A DNA stretch of 64,000 bases from Macrostomum lignano (Eukaryota): contig NIVC01002831.1 of assembly GCA_002269645.1 (NCBI GenBank), positions 22,350 to 86,349 of the forward strand. The letters are read 5' to 3'. How positions within the stretch are numbered: position 1 is the first letter of the stretch; every line of letters starts with the position of its first letter. Under the pieces are notes generated by a model. The model made no database searches. It saw only the letters and a list, made by a program, of their open reading frames with translations, and was not told where the DNA came from. The translations under genes were made by a program, and so were the position numbers. This document shows positions 34,463 through 47,399 of this stretch, one piece after another.

Positions 34463-37369
34463 CTAAAGCATAGTGCATGCCCAGGTGCTTATGTGTGTGC
34501 TGCTATTTTCTGTTGGCTGCTACTCTAGCAAATAAATATATATAGAAGGGAGCCTAATACCTCTGTGGAAAGGGCCTATACACTCATAATTTATAATGCT
34601 TTAGAGATATTACAAAATTTCAATTTCAATTTTCCAAAAGTGGCTAAAAAACTAATTTCTGCTGTATACACATGTATTTTGTTTTTTCATAAGCAGTAAA
34701 TCAAAAGTAAAAAGTGAGTGTTGGTCATATTTAACTTTGTTTTTCTGAATTTTGATTTTGGAAGTTAATGTCCAAGTTAGTAGACTTGATTTTGTAAGAA
34801 ATTTCAATTTCAACAGAAAGTGCTATTTTGGAATATCTCTAATAATGCTAAAGCACAGTAAAATAATTTGACTGTTTTGTAGTGTGCATCCGCAGGTTTT
34901 CAACATTTATTTTTATAGGGATTTTGGCTATTAGTCTTTTAAATAGCATTTTAAACTTTAGATATTTAGTTATTATTATTCAAATAAAAGTAGCCTATTC
35001 ATTCAAATAGTCCATACTATATATTAGAGTCTAACCAAGCTTAGATGTTGGATAAGTTGACTACTTGGTTGAGTTTTTGATAAGTTGAGTAGTTTAAGTA
35101 AAGTTCAATATCAAGTTTTTTAATCAATAAATAAGAATTGTGATTATTTTTAAATAATTAATTTCATAGCACATACTTTATACTGCATGCATGTTTTCAT
35201 AGTTTTGTCTCTGTCATTGTTTTATAATGCTTAACAAATAATATAAGTTAATACATACAAACTATTAAAAATTTTTTCAAAGTTCTAAGCTTCTAAGTAC
35301 ATGGATTGTTTCTCTCTTTAAACTTGAGACTTTTTCAGTTTTATATGCATATTATATAAGTATTCAAAAAACTAATTGACAAGAATTTTTAGTCCAAAAG
35401 TTTGGTCAAGTCAAATAAAAAACTTCAGTTATTTGATTGACTCATTTGGGCTCAAATTGAGTATTTATTTGACTATACTATATATTCAACCTTTGAAATG
35501 TAGAAATTACTATTTTAGTTTTGACTGAAAATGCAATTTAGTTTTGAGACTTGTCTAGATAGGTGAAAATTATTTAATATGCTGCCTAATTTTGTTTTAA
35601 TTTTTTGTTTGCAAAAATGCCAATGGTTAAATGAATTTTGGCAAATAAAATTTTAGACTATTCAGTTATGAAATCTGTATATTTTTCTAAAAAATAGCAA
35701 TGCAGGTAATCCTATTAGAAGAATTTTTCTTAATGATTAATGTTTTTAATGCTCAGCATGAAGCATATATAAGTTCTTTATATGTTTAGAATATTCTAAA
35801 ATGCCTACTTTTTGTATTGTACTCATTTGTATTTGCATTGCATTTATAATGCTAGGCATTGTTTAAGATTAATTTTACAATTTAATAAATGATATATTTC
35901 ATATTCTAAGTAATAATATATTAAGGTGCACATATACAATATGCTCTGACACTATATTGCATATTGTAGCTTTCAGTTGTTGCTATATTTCAGCTGTTTC
36001 TAAGCATTTATATCCAATATTTAATATCTAGTAGTTAGTTTAGACTACAAATAGATTAGCCAGTCAGGCATATATAGTATACTTAGTAAAACAGCTTTAT
36101 ACTTTTAGTTTAGTAGCAAAAAAGAATGCATAAGCTATTTCATAAGAAAAAAGGCAGCTGAAATTACTTTGATAAGTTTAGAAGCCTAAGCTTGTAGGCA
36201 TTTAAACAACTAGCTAATTGATTCAGCAATAATGTGCAATAGCCAGTCCATTAAAATGTGCATAATTGCTTTAGACTAGAATTCCAAGAAGGCAATAAAA
36301 ATTGGGATGTGGAGGTATTGTGAAAAGGCACAGTTGGAGTGTTTAAGCTAGGGGGATTAAGAGCCAATAAATGAGCATTGGCCTAAAAATACATTGTAAT
36401 GCTTTTGCTTAACTTACTACTGAACTGAGAGTGGTTTAAATGCAATGTGCTAAGTGGCCCATCTAGTTATTCTAGCATCTGTGGTTGGAACTTGGTTTTG
36501 TACCAATGTGAAACAATTATTAAATATTTAAAATTATTATTATTGTTAAAAATAAATATTTTCAAGCTTAAGATGAGCTATTCATTGTTACCAATCCACA
36601 AATACCTTCTGCTTATGCAAGTCTCAACAACGCCAGCTGGTACCTTTCTAGGGCACCTAGCTAGAGGGGGAGCTGAAAATTCAGTCAAACAATGGTAGTC
36701 TGTCAACTGGGCCAAAGCAAAAAACCCAGGCGCCTATGATACAATATTGCACAGTAAATCTTACCAGATAGCACATCCTATATACTAAAAATGAGTTGTC
36801 TGTATGTGGGTAGGTATGCGATAGATTTCAGAAAAAATGGCTCAACCGATTTTCTTCAAACTTGCACCATTCGATCAGAAATTTTCCTGGGACGGTACAT
36901 GCATCCTGGCTAAAAAATTGCTCAATGATAAAGGGATTAAATATTCGAAAAACATGCTTTTTTGCAAAGGTCAAGCAGCTCTTTCGACCTAAAATTCATT
37001 GTAAGAATGCTAGAGAAAAAAACTGACTGGCTGAATTCTGATTGTCATAAAGATTGCATCACAACAAGTTGAAAACAGTGCCGAAGAAATGCACACACGA
37101 CTTGATTAAAATTGCGTAACCAATATTGCTAACTTGAACTGAGACTGATACTGGCTGACTGAGAAATTGATTATGTCATAACTTTTTACCCCAATTGACT
37201 TGCTGTAAGAATTTAATTATAAGGGCCACAATTCATGTACTCCAATTGAAAAGAGATAGCCTAGATACGAACAGACTGGACTGCCAACGTAGCGACCTGG
37301 GTTCGAATCTTAGTAGTGCAAAATAATTTTTTTATAAAACACCTTGAAAACACGAAACTGCTAAACATA

Positions 37370-38905
37370 AAAAAGCACAATGTCAAACATAAAAGAGGCA
37401 CCATGTCAAACATTACATGGGCACCATGTAAAACAAATACGTGACTCTATGTCAAACATTAAAGAGCCACCATGTGAAACATTAAAGAGTCACCATTTCG
37501 AACATTAAAGAGCCACCACGTCGAACATTAAAGTGCCACCATGTCAAACGTAAAAGAGCCACCATGAAGAACATTAAAGAGCCACCATGCCAAACATAAA
37601 AGAGCCACTATGTCGAACATTAAAGAGCTAGCATGTCAAACATTAAAGAGCCACCATGTCGAACATTAAAGAGCCACCATTTCGAACATAAAAGAGCCGC
37701 CATGTAAAACATTAAAGAGCCACATTGTCAAACATAAAAGAGCCACCATGTAAGACATTTAAGAGCCATCATGTGAAACATTTAAGAGCCACCATGTCGA
37801 ACATAAAAGAGCTACCATGTCAAACCTAAAAGAGCCACCATGTCAAACCTAAAAGAGCCACCATGTCGAACATAAAAGAGCTACCATGTCAAACCTAAAA
37901 GAGCCACCATGTCGAACATAAACGAACCTTTATGTCGTACATTAAAGAGCCACCATGTCAAACATTAAAGAGCCACCATGTCAAACATTAAAGAGCCACC
38001 ATGTCAAACATAAAAGAGCCACAATGTCAAACATAGAAGAGCCACAATGTCAGATATTAAAAAGCCACCGTATCAAACATAAAAGAGTTACCATGTAGAA
38101 CAAAAAAGAGCCACCATGTCGAACATAAAAGAGCCACCATGTCAAGCATAAAAGAGCCACCATGTCAAACATTAAAGAGCCACCATGTCGAACATTAAAG
38201 AGCCACCATGTCAAGCATAAAAGAGCCACCATGTCAAACATTAAAGAGCCATGTCAAACACTAAAGAGCCAACATGTCGAACATAAAAGAGCCACCATGT
38301 CAAACATTAAAGAGCCACCATGTCAGACATTAAAGAGCCACCATGTCAAACATAAAAGAGCCACCATGTCAAACATTAAAGAGCCACCATGTCAGACATT
38401 AAAGAGCCACTATGTCAAACATAAAAGAGCCACCATGTCAAACATTAAAGAGCCACCATATCGAACACTAAAGAGCCACCATGTCAAACATATGTGACTC
38501 CATGTCAAATATATACGTGACTCCATGTCACACATAAAAGAGCCACCATGTAAAACATATACATATGACTACATAACAAACATTAAACAGCCACCATGTC
38601 GAACATTAAAGAGCCATCATGTCAAACATAAAAGAGCCACCATGTCATAAATTAAAGACCCACCATATCAAACATTAAAGAGCCACCATGTCAAACATTA
38701 AAGAGCCACCATGTCAAACATTAAAGAGCCACATGTCGAACATAAAAGAGCCACTTTGTCAAACATCTACGAGTCACCATGTCAAGCGTATACATGACTC
38801 CATTTCAGACATTAAAGTGCCACCATGTCAAACATAAAAGAGCCACCAGCTCAAACATTAAAGAGCCACCATGTCAGACACAAAACAGCTACCATGTCAA
38901 ACATA
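37370..38905. repeat. 23-bp satellite (ATTAAAGAGCCACCATGTCAAAC), ~65 diverged copies
   Basis: Period-23 tandem repeat inside the Helitron. Confidence 0.95.
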
Positions 38906-38907
38906 AA

Positions 38908-39965
38908 TGGGGTGCCTACTATCTTGGAGTGCTTGCTATCTGGAGATGCGTGCTATCTGGGGGTGCTTGCTATCTGGGGGGATGCTTGCTATCTTGGGGG
39001 TTCTAGCTATCTGGGGGTGCTTGCTATTAGGTGGATGCTTGCTATCTGGGGTGCCTGCTATCTTGGAGTGCTTGCTATCTGGAGATGCGTGCTATCTGGG
39101 GGTGCTTGCTATCTGGGGGTGCTTGCTATCTGGGGGTGCTTGCTATCTGGGGGTGCTTGCTATTAGGTGGATGCTTGCTATCTGGGGTGCCTGCTATCTG
39201 GGGGTTCTTGCTATCTGGGGGTGCTTGCTATCTGGGGGTGCTTGCTATTAGGTGGATGCTTGCTATCTGGGGTGCCTGCTATCTGGGGGTGCTTGCTATC
39301 TGGAGATGCTTGCTATCTGGGGGTGCTTGCTATTAGGTGGATGCTTGCTATCTGGGGTGCCTGCTATCTGGGGGTGCTTGCTATCTAGAGATGCTTGCTA
39401 TCTGGGGGTGCTTGCTATCTGGGGGTGCTTGCTATCTGGGGGTGCTTGCTATTAGGTGGATGCTTGCTATCTGGGGGTGCTTGCTATTAGGTGGATGCTT
39501 GCTATCTGGGGGTGCTTGCTATCTGGAGATGCTTGCTATCTGGGGGTGCTTGCTATCTGGGGGTGCTTGCTATCTAAGGGTGCTTGCTATTAGGTGGATG
39601 CTTGCTATCTTGGGGTGCTTGCTATTAGGTGGATGCTTGCTATCTGGGGTGCCTGCTATCTGGGGGTGCTTGCTATCTAGAGATGCTTGCTACTTGGGGT
39701 GCTTGCTATCTGGGGGTGCTTGCTATCTGGGGGTGCTTGCTATCTAAGGGTGCTTGCTATTAGGTGGATGCTTGCTATCTTGGGGTGCTTGCTATTAGGT
39801 GGATGCTTGCTATCTGGGGTGCCTGCTATCTGGGGGTGCTTGCTATCTGGAGATGCTTGCCTTGCTATCCAAGGGTGCTTGCTATCTGGGGATGCTTGCT
39901 ATCTAAGGGTGCTTGCTATTAGGTGGATGCTTGCTATCTGGGGGTGCTTGCTATCTGGGGGGTTG
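38908..39965. repeat. 16-18-bp satellite (GCTATCTGGGGGTGCTT with variant GCTATTAGGTGGATGCTT), ~60 copies
   Basis: Tandem repeat directly abutting the 23-bp array inside the Helitron. Confidence 0.95.
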
Positions 39966-40140
39966 CTTGCTGTCCTGGGATATTTTTTTGCATTGCACTT
40001 CATTTGAGCAGTTTTTCTATTGTCTATGTGAAGGCTTTATTTGGCCGTCTTTTTGATACTTGTAGAGTGCCAGAGATTCTATCTAGATGCCCCCCATCGG
40101 GGGGCGAAGATTGCTAGTAAGTAACTAAAAAAAAAAAAAA

Positions 40141-41457
40141 ACTATCACATATATAGAGCCATGTTAACGAAACTCAACAGTCTTAAAGAACACATGATAA
40201 GAACTTTTTTGCAGTATAAAAGTTTCTAAGTTGTCAATAACCAGACTAAATCGATTTCTCAATATGAGCACCATTTTCTCACAGCAGAACTCCAGGCACT
40301 TGACGAAATGGCTTGTAAGTTGTAACAGCAGTCTGAAGGTGTGGTGCAGTACCGATAGCAGAGACAACCTGCTGCTTCGGCTCCTGAATGGAGACCATCT
40401 GGCGAACTTATACTCGTCGTTTCAGATCACCCCACTAGTAGAAGTCGCATGGTGTGAGGTCAGTGCTTCGAGCAGGCCAGCGCATGGGTCCTCCTCGGTC
40501 AATACACTGCTTGCCAAAGATGTTTTTCAGCCAGTCGCGCATACCAGAAGCCCAGTGTGGCGGGGCACCATCTTGCATGAACCAAAGTCGACTAGCTCTG
40601 AACTGGGGCATTCTCTGTAGCATCGGAAGCAGTTGTTCCTTGAGCATTGCTAGGTAAGACTGGCCAGTGACAGTCTTGTCAAAGAATGGGCCGATGATGC
40701 CGCCGCTGTGGTCTTCGCGAAATGCATGGGGCTACTCATTGTATGATAGGGATTATCCTACGACCAGTATCTGCAGTTGTGCCTGTTAACTTTTCCGCTG
40801 AGATGAAAATGCGCCTCATCAGTCCAGATGACGTGTGACAGAAAAATTTCATCCTCACGAATGGCCTGCAGCATCTTTTCGCAAAACGATAGGCGATCAA
40901 TGCAATCTTGCTGATTTCCTGCAGCATTTGTAGTTTTTAGGGGTGAAGGCCTTCTCCATGAAGGATTCTTTAGACAGATCTCCGTGACATTCCGAGTTCC
41001 ACAGACGCATGGCGTGTTGACATTGTTTGGTTATCATCGTAGGCAGTCAGCACTACAGCGACCGCATCCGTTGTTCTCGTAGACACAGACCATCCGCTTC
41101 ACTGTTTGTCATGAAGGTTCCCTGTTTCCACAACTTTGCTGTGAATAGCCAGAATAGTGGATCTTGTAGGTAGTTTGGCATTCAGTACAAACTGGGCTCA
41201 GAATTTTCGTTGCACAACAACGAGGCTGTGGGTACTTTCGTAAGAAGACGCGATAAAAAATCGAAGATACTTTACTTCAGGCTGCTTTTACAAGCCATTT
41301 CGTCAAGCGCCTGTTCTGACATGAGCGAAATGTCAGATTTAGAACTCAAAAAATTAGCGCTCAAATTTAGAACTCGATTTAGCCAGTATGATTATTGCCA
41401 ACTTAAGAACTTTCAAGGCTGTTAGTTTCATTAACGTGCCTCTATGTATGCGATAGT
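40141..41457 (-). mobile_element. Decayed Tc1/mariner transposon of the DD41D (rosa/VS) type
   Basis: WFMQDGAPPHW...WPARSTDLTPCDFY with 41 residues between the second and third Asp. Imperfect 34-bp inverted repeats at 40141-40174 and 41424-41457. The ORF is fragmented and the ends are uncertain. Confidence 0.78.
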
Positions 41458-41657
41458 TATTAAGTTTAAACTTTTTCGGTTACTTATGCGCCACCCGGTG
41501 TTTTCGGTTACTTAACGGCCCATAGGAGAGTAAATATCCGAGGTCCAAATGGTGGTTTCGTTTAATAATGTTTATTTCAGGTTTTTCGCTGAAAAAACAA
41601 GAAATGCGTTAATACTTTTTCTTATATTACTCACTTTTACAGTAATGTAATGCGCAT

Positions 41658-41898
41658 ATGCAAAAACTGTAGTGTCAATAAAGATTTCATATAAAAGCGC
41701 AAGATGGACAGCAATAGGAAAATTTCTTATTCGGCGACAGTAGCATTGCCAGTGTTGTCCCAACTCTACCCATTTTCCACTTCTATCCACCCTCTTCCCC
41801 CTCCCAGTCCCATCCCTTCTGCGTGGCCTTCTGCAGCTCCATCCTCGTCGCTCTCGCTCGTTGCATTTCTATCCCCTCACCAACCTCTGCCTGCTTTC
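41658..41898 (+). repeat. ~240-bp dispersed repeat, copy 2, ~500 bp upstream of the Shal ATG
   Basis: Near-identical reverse complement of 22940-23180. Confidence 0.9.
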
Positions 41899-42402
41899 CT
41901 TATTCCTCTCTGTCCTTGCCTTTCTTAGTCTGTGACGCCCGCATAGCAAGAGAAGTGCCAGAGAAGGGAGATGAGTTGTTGGTTAGCTGAGGGGGGTTGG
42001 GAAGAAAGTATAAAGAATGGGGATAAAAACGGTGCGTGTATTCCGCGCTTTGGCAGTCTGGTTCAAGCATTAAATTGAACTCGCTCGGTGTAAAATTGGC
42101 ATTCTTTTCTTGGATTTGTTTTCTGACGGTAATTATATTATATAGTTTCTATTGGTAGTATGGCGCGAATATTGAAGTATATACTATATTAGGAATGATT
42201 TTAACCAATCATTTCAGCGGGCGGCAACGGTCATTGGTAAACGCCGACTGGCACGGTCGGACTGCGGACCTTCTGTTGTCCTGCTGGGCCTCGTCACCCG
42301 TAGTCCTCAGCGCTGCCGCCGCCCAGATACACACATTGCGTCAAGGTTACCTTTTGATAGTTAACAGTTTGATAATCTTCAAAGCAGCGTGTTAAATGAA
42401 TT

Positions 42403-43508
42403 ATGGCCGCCGTGGCTGCGTGGCTTCCCTTTGCCAGGGCGGCGGCCATAGGCTGGGTGCCGGTGGCCCAGGGCCCGATGCCGCCGCCCCCGCTGCGAGA
42501 TGAGGATCACAAATCGGACGAGAAGCTGATCATCAGCGTCTCCGGGCGCAAGTTTGTCACTTGGCGCAACACGCTGGAGAAGTTCCCGGACACTCTGCTC
42601 GGCAGCGATGAGAAGGAGTACTTCTACGATGAGGACAGCAAGCAGTACTTCTTCGACCGAGACCCGGACCTGTTCCGCCACATCCTGGCCTACTACCGCA
42701 CCGGCAGGCTGCACTATCCCAAGAATGAGTGCATCATGGCCTACGATGAGGAGCTGGCCTTCTTCGGCATCATGCCGGACATCATGGGCGACTGTTGCTA
42801 CGAGGACTACAGGGATCGCAAGCGGGAGAATAACGAGCGCCTGTTTGACGACAAGGACTCCGATGCCGAGAACGCCATGCCGCACAGCACGCCTAGGGAG
42901 AAGCTCTGGCGCGCGTTCGAGAATCCCCAGTCTTCGACGGTAGCATTGGTTGTTTACTACGTGACGGGCTTCTTCATTGCCGTATCCGTTCTCGCTAACG
43001 TGTTTGAGACCATCCCGTGCGGAGTTGAGCCCGGCACTAATTTGAGTCCGGCATGCGGAGACCGCTTCTCAGTGGCATTCTTCTGCTTGGACACGGCCTG
43101 CGTGCTCATCTTCACTGTGGAATACCTGGCCAGGCTGTACGCGGCCCCCCAGCGGCTGAAGCATCTGCGCGCAGTGATGAGCGTCATCGATATCGTGGCT
43201 ATCCTGCCTTATTATATCGGACTGTTCATGCCGGATAATAAGGACCTGAGCGGAGCTTTCGTCACGCTAAGGGTTTTTCGAGTGTTTCGCATCTTCAAGT
43301 TTTCCAGGCACTCCATGGGACTTCGAATTCTGGGCTACACTTTGAAGTCGTGCGCTTCTGAACTTGGTTTCCTATTGTTCTCCATGACAATGGCAGTTAT
43401 CATCTTCGCTACCGTGATGTATTATGCAGAGAAGAATCAACCTAAAACAGGCTTTGTATCAATACCAGCGGCCTTCTGGTACACTATAGTCACCATGACA
43501 ACGCTGGG
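42403..43508 (+). CDS. Shal: Shal/Kv4 voltage-gated K+ channel, coding exon 1 (N-terminus, T1, S1-S5, pore helix)
   Basis: [18 protein letters not shown] Kv4 N-terminus, T1 with HX5CX20CC, S4 [16 protein letters not shown], ends TTLG|GTGAGT in phase 2. Confidence 0.98.
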
Positions 43509-44678
43509 GTGAGTATGTGCTAAAATTGTTTTTAATATGAATAGATAAAATCGCAAAATTCTTGTTCTATTCTTGTTCTAAATATCCAATTTGTGAAGTA
43601 CCAAACGGGATTATTTTCTGTCTTTCATTTCTAATCTATTAGCTTCAGCTTCGTCTACCATCGTAAATGTTATTCTAAATTTTCAGCCATTATTTTGCTA
43701 ATGCATTGGCTTTGCTACTGCAATTTTTGCGCTCAATAAATTTATCAGCACCTATTGAAGTGGAACCACTTCGTACACAGTGTGGATAGATGCATAATTT
43801 ACTAGGTCTCCGCTCCTCTTTGGGATAGGGTGCAGTTTTTTGGGGTCTGAAGAATGCTTAGTAGAAGCCTGCTGCTGACTGAGCTTGACTAAAGCCTGCA
43901 TAGATTTGCTGTTTGTGCCGTGCAAATTCATCTTGGCTCGCAGTCGATTAATGAATTGATGCAAGCGGCCAGTGAAGGCCGGATAGTTTAATGAGTTCGT
44001 GTGCTTTTTTTCTAGGCCAGCCCTCGTTCAAACAGTCTTTTCTCGACCTCTCCCCTGGTGCTGAGTGAGCGCTTGGTCCGCCCTATATTTGTACAAATTT
44101 GGTTCAGTGTACTTGCAGACTAGAGCTGAAGCTGCATTATTCATTGTAAAAGCAATGAGTCTTTTGTTAATCGACCCTGCTTATCCTGGTCACTTATTTA
44201 TCGTGTCAAACAGATTAATTAACCTTGTTGGTCATCAATTTAATCGATAGGTTGAGCAGGCGCAGAACTTACGGCGAGTGCAGTTTTGAAATCATACACA
44301 AGAGTATGATAAATCAGGTTCAATATTACTATGTATATTAAATAGTAAAGCTTGTGCACTTGTCACTGCTCTACTGGTGTGAAATAGTTACTGATCAAAC
44401 AAACAAACAAACCTTAGGCGCCTGACAGCCGCTAGAAATCCAGGTCTAGATTTTTCCATTACATGCGGGCGCGAGGTGAGCTTCTAGTAAAATAGGCTAA
44501 GCCTGGCCTCTCCACACCGTCTGATTTGGTCAGTGCGAATTATTTACAAGACGCCTCCTGTCTGTCCAGGATTTTTCCAGCTGCCCTGACCGACACGCAT
44601 GCATGATGGAATACTGCTCTTGTCTAGTATAGGTGTGGTGAAGAATTTTATGATGCACTTGTCAAGTATGGTGCAGTT

Positions 44679-46670
44679 AGTCCAGCTTCAATTGAATTCA
44701 TCTCTCCAGTTTCTGCGTAGAATCAGAGTTGTTTGACCGGCCTTCAATGGCTTCAGCCGCTAGTCCAGCTTCAATTGAATTCATCTCTCCAGTTTCTGCG
44801 TCGAATCAGAGTTGTTTGACCGGCCTTCAATGGCTTCAGCCGCTAGCCCAGCTTCAATTGAATTCATCTCTCCAGTTTCTGCGTCGAATCAGAGTTGTTT
44901 GACCGGCCTTCAATGGCTTCAGCCGCTAGCCCAGCTTCAATTGAATTCATCTCTCCAGTTTCTGCGTAGAATCAGAGTTGTTTGACCGGCCTTCAATGGC
45001 TTCAGCCGCTAGCCCAGCTTCAATTGAATTCATCTCTCCAGTTTCTGCGTAGAATCAGAGTTGTTTGACCGGCCTTCAATGGCTTCAGCCGCTAGCCCAG
45101 CTTCAATTGAATTCATCTCTCCAGTTTCTGCGTAGAATCAGAGTTGTTTGACCGGCCTTCAATGGCTTCAGCCGCTAGTCCAGCTTCAATTGAATTCATC
45201 TCTCCAGTTTCTGCGTCGAATCAGAGTTGTTTGACCGGCCTTCAATGGCTTCAGCCGCTAGCCCAGCTTCAATTGAATTCATCTCTCCAGTTTCTGCGTC
45301 GAATCAGAGTTGTTTGACCGGCCTTCAATGGCTTCAGCCGCTAGCCCAGCTTCAATTGAATTCATCTCTCCAGTTTCTGCGTCGAATCAGAGTTGTTTGA
45401 CCGGCCTTCAATGGCTTCAGCCGCTAGCCCAGCTTCAATTGAATTCATCTCTCCAGTTTCTGCGTAGAATCAGAGTTGTTTGACCGGCCTTCAATGGCTT
45501 CAGCCGCTAGTCCAGCTTCAATTGAATTCATCTCTCCAGTTTCTGCGTCGAATCAGAGTTGTTTGACCGGCCTTCAATGGCTTCAGCCGCTAGTCCAGCT
45601 TCAATTGAATTCATCTCTCCAGTTTCTGCGTCGAATCAGAGTTGTTTGACCGGCCTTCAATGGCTTCAGCCGCTAGCCCAGCTTCAATTGAATTCATCTC
45701 TCCAGTTTCTGCGTCGAATCAGAGTTGTTTGACCGGCCTTCAATGGCTTCAGCCGCTAGCCCAGCTTCAATTGAATTCATCTCTCCAGTTTCTGCGTCGA
45801 ATCAGAGTTGTTTGACCGGCCTTCAATGGCTTCAGCCGCTAGCCCAGCTTCAATTGAATTCATCTCTCCAGTTTCTGCGTCGAATCAGAGTTGTTTGACC
45901 GGCCTTCAATGGCTTCAGCCGCTAGCCCAGCTTCAATTGAATTCATCTCTCCAGTTTCTGCGTAGAATCAGAGTTGTTTGACCGGCCTTCAATGGCTTCA
46001 GCCGCTAGCCCAGCTTCAATTGAATTCATCTCTCCAGTTTCTGCGTCGAATCAGAGTTGTTTGACCGGCCTTCAATGGCTTCAGCCGCTAGCCCAGCTTC
46101 AATTGAATTCATCTCTCCAGTTTCTGCGTAGAATCAGAGTTGTTTGACCGGCCTTCAATGGCTTCAGCCGCTAGCCCAGCTTCAATTGAATTCATCTCTC
46201 CAGTTTCTGCGTAGAATCAGAGTTGTTTGACCGGCCTTCAATGGCTTCAGCCGCTAGTCCAGCTTCAATTGAATTCATCTCTCCAGTTTCTGCGTCGAAT
46301 CAGAGTTGTTTGACCGGCCTTCAATGGCTTCAGCCGCTAGCCCAGCTTCAATTGAATTCATCTCTCCAGTTTCTGCGTAGAATCAGAGTTGTTTGACCGG
46401 CCTTCAATGGCTTCAGCCGCTAGTCCAGCTTCAATTGAATTCATCTCTCCAGTTTCTGCGTCGAATCAGAGTTGTTTGACCGGCCTTCAATGGCTTCAGC
46501 CGCTAGTCCAGCTTCAATTGAATTCATCTCTCCAGTTTCTGCGTCGAATCAGAGTTGTTTGACCGGCCTTCAATGGCTTCAGCCGCTAGCCCAGCTTCAA
46601 TTGAATTCATCTCTCCAGTTTCTGCGTCGAATCAGAGTTGTTTGACCGGCCTTCAATGGCTTCAGCCGCT
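44679..46670. repeat. 83-bp tandem array, 24 copies, in Shal intron 1
   Basis: 1992 bp = 24 x 83. Only two variable positions seen (AGTCC/AGCCC and GCGTA/GCGTC). Confidence 0.97.
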
Positions 46671-46749
46671 CATTCTAAGGTTTTAAAATAATCGACAACA
46701 ATATTCATGTTTCTTCGGCCTATTTCCGTGTTCTTCTTGGCACATAGGC

Positions 46750-47024
46750 CAGATGTGCAACCGACAGCTCAGCCGTAGCTATTGCGCGGCGCATCTGAAG
46801 GCTGCGTACGGCTGTTCAGTCCAAGGACTGGGGGTCGCCACGCACAGCCTCAATTACCCCAGCTAATGCTGGCACCCATTTTACAGCTGGTTGAACTGAA
46901 GCAATGCAGAGTTAAGTGTCTTGCTCAAGGACACAGATTTTTCTCAGTGGGTCGAGAATGGAACCCCCGACCTTCAAGTCGTGAGTCCGACGCTCTAAGC
47001 CTCTAACCTCTAGGCTACAACCCC
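46750..47024 (-). mobile_element. tRNA-derived SINE with CORE-like central domain, copy 1
   Basis: Minus strand shows a tRNA-like head with A/B boxes, then GTGTCCTTGAGCAAGACACTTAAC...CTGTAAAATGGG resembling the MIR CORE block. Homologous to 54489-54754. Confidence 0.8.
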
Positions 47025-47399
47025 CTCTTGGCACAAGGAACAGGCTTTGACACAACCATGGCTATGATTAGTTTTGCTACTTTATTGAAATACCTTTTAA
47101 AATCAGTTTCGATTTAATTTTTAATTTATTATGCTCTTCAACAGTGATTAGCCGTCAGCTTTGCTAAATTACTCGTAATTACTCTACAAACAGCTGTACT
47201 GCTAGTGTATCACTTTTCAGCTAATTAAGACAGTTCATAACAAATAAGGATCCCCTGATGGGCTGGTACTAGAACAGTCTAGTGCTTTTGTTAGGCAGCA
47301 GACAGGAGGGCAGCGACCCAGGCTGGATTTCAAGTGCAGTCACATTAATTTGGGACTAGACTGGAATCTCGGCTTACCTCTGCTCCTGCAATTAACGCC

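Larger units (their letters stand above)
36776..40117 (+). mobile_element. Non-autonomous Helitron (3342 bp) carrying two satellite arrays
   Basis: 5' A|TC(CTATATACTAAAAATG...), 3' hairpin GCCCCCC-ATC-GGGGGGC (40089-40105) followed by CTAG|T at 40114-40118, inserted between A and T with no TSD. Confidence 0.85.

Noticed and set aside
38162-40007. Multiple Cys/Leu/Gly-rich or His/Lys-rich ORFs
   Set aside because: Translations of the two satellites inside the Helitron.
42379-42885. 168-aa minus-strand ORF
   Set aside because: Antisense shadow of the GC-rich Shal exon 1.
44679-46670. CRISPR-like appearance of the 83-bp array
   Set aside because: Units are contiguous and near-identical with no unique spacers, there are no cas genes, and the context is a eukaryotic intron.
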